Assembly: GCA_030704615.1 (NCBI GenBank)
Contig: CM060731.1
Coordinates: 38,440,001-38,504,000, forward strand
Direction of reading: 5' to 3'
Origin: Takakia lepidozioides
Lineage: Eukaryota; Plantae; Bryophyta
DNA: 64,000 bases
Position numbers and translations under genes: made by a program. The first letter of the stretch is position 1; each line of letters starts with the position of its first letter. The notes beneath the pieces are model-generated. The model did no database searches, was not told the DNA's origin, and saw only the letters and a program-made list of their open reading frames with translations. Positions 63,501 through 64,000 of this stretch are shown here, piece after piece.

Positions 63501-63702
63501 CAGCGCATCTCCATACAAACCTTTTGTAGAACCAAAAGAAAAAAGAAACAAAGAAAGCCAATTGCAGACTTGTACTATAGAGAGCCAATTGCAGAATGCA
63601 CGACATTTGAACCATGGTGAAAGGTGCCTAAGGACCTTCATAGTAGAGTCACTCATAAGAACCTCCTCCGCTAACAACTCAAACTCTGAAGTGGAGTACT
63701 CT
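51528..63702 (-). CDS. Large Gly-rich, Cys-rich multi-pass membrane protein of the At5g11700/At4g32920/At5g47020 family (function unknown); 5' part beyond the window
   Basis: About 18-19 minus-strand exons in the expected order: ELLAEEVLMSDS, VYGALKLTVKMLLMWNS, SNANLGMHGQG, ICRVEDI, GGHGGKGG..LPCELGSG, GGGGGGRVHFDW, CPPGLYGIFC, CPYQCISDKYHMPNCYT, YEDAFNRF..CLRSCRSRALYEGLK, GLNALFSHGPRR, and last exon WWLFP..IANLEIQDRTLYSDDPTKFWES*. Confidence 0.92.
55158..56986 (+). mobile_element. 5'-truncated, decayed RTE-like LINE in an intron of the large gene (antisense to host)
   Basis: KKGDREEPGNYRGITLL, EGQAGFRR..CVDHIFTL, VAQGC..PLLFNV, CFADDF, CCHC finger, 3' end GGGGTCAATGGCCACAAGGCTACGGC. Probable TSD TCTGTA(C/A)ATTG at 55147 and 56987. 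Confidence 0.88.
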
Positions 63703-64000
63703 GCAAGGCCAAAGATGAGTATGCCCCCAGACCCCAAGGTAATCATTGAGCGAACCTGAGAATCCCATGCAAGACCGACAACCACAAGAAATGTTAGATC
63801 ACCGTCTAATCACTTTCCCAACAGTTAATCGGTTGGTATTGTCAGGTATATAGTGTCTCGCAAGACTCCCAATTTCTTTCGTGTCGTGGCCTGAGACATG
63901 TCAATCATCTGATCACATAGAAAACAAGAAAATTGAGCTGTCATTAGTTGGGTTTCCTACTCAGCTTGACCAGCTGCAGTAACTATTACAAATTGAGACA

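Overview
Eukaryotic nuclear DNA from a land plant, most likely a bryophyte (moss or liverwort). This is inferred from the alpha/beta-hydrolase-type NLRs (HNL), non-seed-plant-style PLS PPR-DYW repeats and an LSU rDNA fragment reading GCATATCACTAAG. Four spliced genes look intact: an alpha/beta-hydrolase (+, 521-3320, 5' part upstream), a carbonyl-reductase-type SDR (-, 9405-10696), a single-FAS1 fasciclin protein (+, 47765-49248) and the 3' part of a large Gly-rich membrane protein of the At5g11700/At4g32920/At5g47020 family (-, 51528 to beyond the window). Between them is a ~44 kb rapidly evolving zone where decayed HNL immune receptors alternate with decayed PPR-DYW RNA-editing factors. It includes a ~3 kb direct segmental duplication carrying both gene types. 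It also holds nested transposons (L1 LINE pieces, three copies of an RTE-like LINE, an internally deleted Copia inside a chromoviral Gypsy remnant, CACTA ends) and an orphan ITS2-LSU rDNA fragment. The most notable observations are (i) a near-perfect ~65-bp-stem hairpin made from the most conserved coding motif of the HNL hydrolase, a candidate proto-miRNA/hpRNA against the family, (ii) a tandemly duplicated 54-nt exon with both splice sites intact, candidate mutually exclusive exons, (iii) an HNL with hydrolase nucleophile, P-loop and Walker B all substituted, (iv) NLR/PPR-DYW co-amplification, (v) a LINE with similar target sites at two insertions, and (vi) a TTAA-bounded mini-palindrome with an empty site. 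All calls come from reading the sequence by eye; boundaries of decayed features are approximate.
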